A DNA stretch of 64,000 bases from the human T2T-CHM13v2.0 reference genome, Homo sapiens: NCBI RefSeq assembly GCF_009914755.1, contig NC_060937.1; one strand, written 5' to 3'. The translations under genes were made by a program, and so were the position numbers. The notes under the pieces are model-generated. The model was not told the origin of the DNA. It saw nothing but the letters and a program-made list of their open reading frames with translations, and ran no database searches. This document shows, piece after piece, positions 40,936-64,000 of this stretch (the stretch's first letter is position 1; the number at the start of each line of letters is the position of its first letter).

Positions 40936-41069
40936 GGCTGGGCATGGTGGCTCACACCATGTAATCCCAGCACTTTGGGAGGCTGAGGCAGACAGATTGC
41001 TTGAGCCCAGGAGTTCAAGACGAACTTGGGCAACATAGCGAAACCCCAGCTCTACCAAAAAAAAAAAAA
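40936..41069 (+). mobile_element. Alu left monomer (FLAM/AluJ-like), antisense to HSPH1
   Basis: ggctgggcatggtggctcac...gcttgagcccaggagttcaagac...ctctacc(a)n. Confidence 0.9.
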
Positions 41070-41695
41070 GAATAAACTGTTGCACCCTAGTGAGGAGCTG
41101 GTTGTCACCTATCCTAAGTGCATGTGTCTTCTCCCCTACCTCCAACACTACTTCAATTTTGTGCTTACAAAACAACCAGATAGATTCATTGCAGCATTAT
41201 TTAGAACAGCAAAAATGAGAAACACCTAAATCTACCAATAGCAAGATTGGTATTTTTAAGTATGTCTTTATAATGAACTCACTACATTTATGCAGTTACA
41301 ACACTTGACTGTATTTACTAATTTCCCTGGCACAGAGTTTTTAAAAACAGCCTACAGCACTATAACATAGACACTCACACAAATATACCCCCATCATTAG
41401 GGGTAAAAGGCTCCAAGGATGTATAACGAAGTGTTAACAATGTTTTCTTCTGGGTGGCAAGATTTTAAGTTTTATTCACTTTATAGTATTTTTAAAATGC
41501 TTTAATGTAATAAACATATGCTATTTTTCTGTCAGGAGAAAAACATTTTCACTTAGAAAAGAGAGAACATAAGCAGTAAAAAAGAAAAACTGGACACTAA
41601 CTTCATTTCTGCTAGAATAATTCATATTCTCCCTCATCTCATTTTTTAAATTAGTGACAAAATCAACAGTTTAGAAATGACACCATAAGATGAAC

Positions 41696-41701
41696 TTTAT
41701 T
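41696..41701 (-). terminator. HSPH1: Candidate main HSPH1 poly(A) signal AATAAA
   Basis: tttatt ~660 nt after the stop; downstream minus-strand ctgttgattttgtc GU-rich element. Confidence 0.65.
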
Positions 41702-42362
41702 TTAAAGCTCATAAAAGTGTTCACAATCAGTTACAACAGGATCGACATTTCTTCCATTCCACACTTTCACATGACAATATACTGTATAGTGAGAGAGAAA
41801 GTTTAAAGTTTTTGTTCTGCATGCTGCTAACACATTTGACTAGCTTTTGTTTTACTCATTGAATTTTTAATATCAAAGCAAAAAGTCATTTTCTCTTGGA
41901 CAGAAATGGTTTTAGAAAGCCCTTATGAAGTCAGACTTAGTCTTGTTTATAAACATCCACACCCACACACATGCTGAATGGAGAGCAAAATGCAAGAAAA
42001 CTACCTTGGCAGGAACAAATGCTTAAAGATTTTAATCACAGCCCTCTTGAACAAGCAGTACAGTTTTTTTTCTCCAAAAGACAAAAGTCAGTTTCATCCT
42101 CAGTGATGCAAATGGTGAGACTGCACAGAAAGCTTAGTATGAATTCACAATTCCACAGGAATCTGAAAGTTACCAAGGCAATTTTCCCTTTTAGGATCAT
42201 AAAGACTACAGACTTAAGCTTTTTTTCTTTTTCCATATAATACACAAAATTTCTAAATATCCTTAAAAAAGAAAATATAAATAGTTTCAGTATGTTATGT
42301 AGAGTCACATACTATGGCAAAAATATTTTATTAATTGAAGGAATAGGCCAATTTAAGGTTAT

Positions 42363-63907
<21,545 letters not shown>

Positions 63908-64000
63908 CTAGAAAAAAATATATTCCAAAAAATTAAAAAGCATAAAGGTTGATATTTTAAACTAATAAGAGAAAAATACTAACATAAATGTCCTACCCAT

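Overview
Primate (human-like) genomic DNA with two convergent loci. (1) The right third (~40.1-64 kb, minus strand) holds exons 2-18 of HSPH1 (Hsp105/Hsp110). All 17 exons could be delimited with GT-AG boundaries and sum to 2470 nt, which with a 107-nt exon-1 CDS lying outside the window gives the expected 858-aa ORF. The intron-8 T17 microsatellite and the 132-nt exon skipped in Hsp105-beta are both visible. (2) The left part (4.2-26.6 kb, plus strand) looks intergenic in the ORF track but hides a decayed multi-exon WD40-repeat gene of the WDR49/WDR95 type. Eight phase-compatible exons plus a probable last exon can be read directly, with four Trp-position stop codons, two GT>AT donor losses, one lost acceptor, an apparent deletion and a frameshift. 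By recalled synteny (mouse Wdr95 lies tail-to-tail with Hsph1) this is most likely the unitary pseudogene WDR95P. The rest is Alu, ERV1/MaLR LTR, L1, L2, MIR and DNA-transposon debris. Unexplained structures include a two-piece inverted (template-switch-like) duplication at 28.9-31.0 kb, a ~176-nt non-Alu element duplicated in HSPH1 introns 2 and 5, and a perfect 16-bp TTCG-loop palindrome just downstream of HSPH1. No evidence of a wholly new biological system was found. Repeat subfamily names are from memory, not from a database search.
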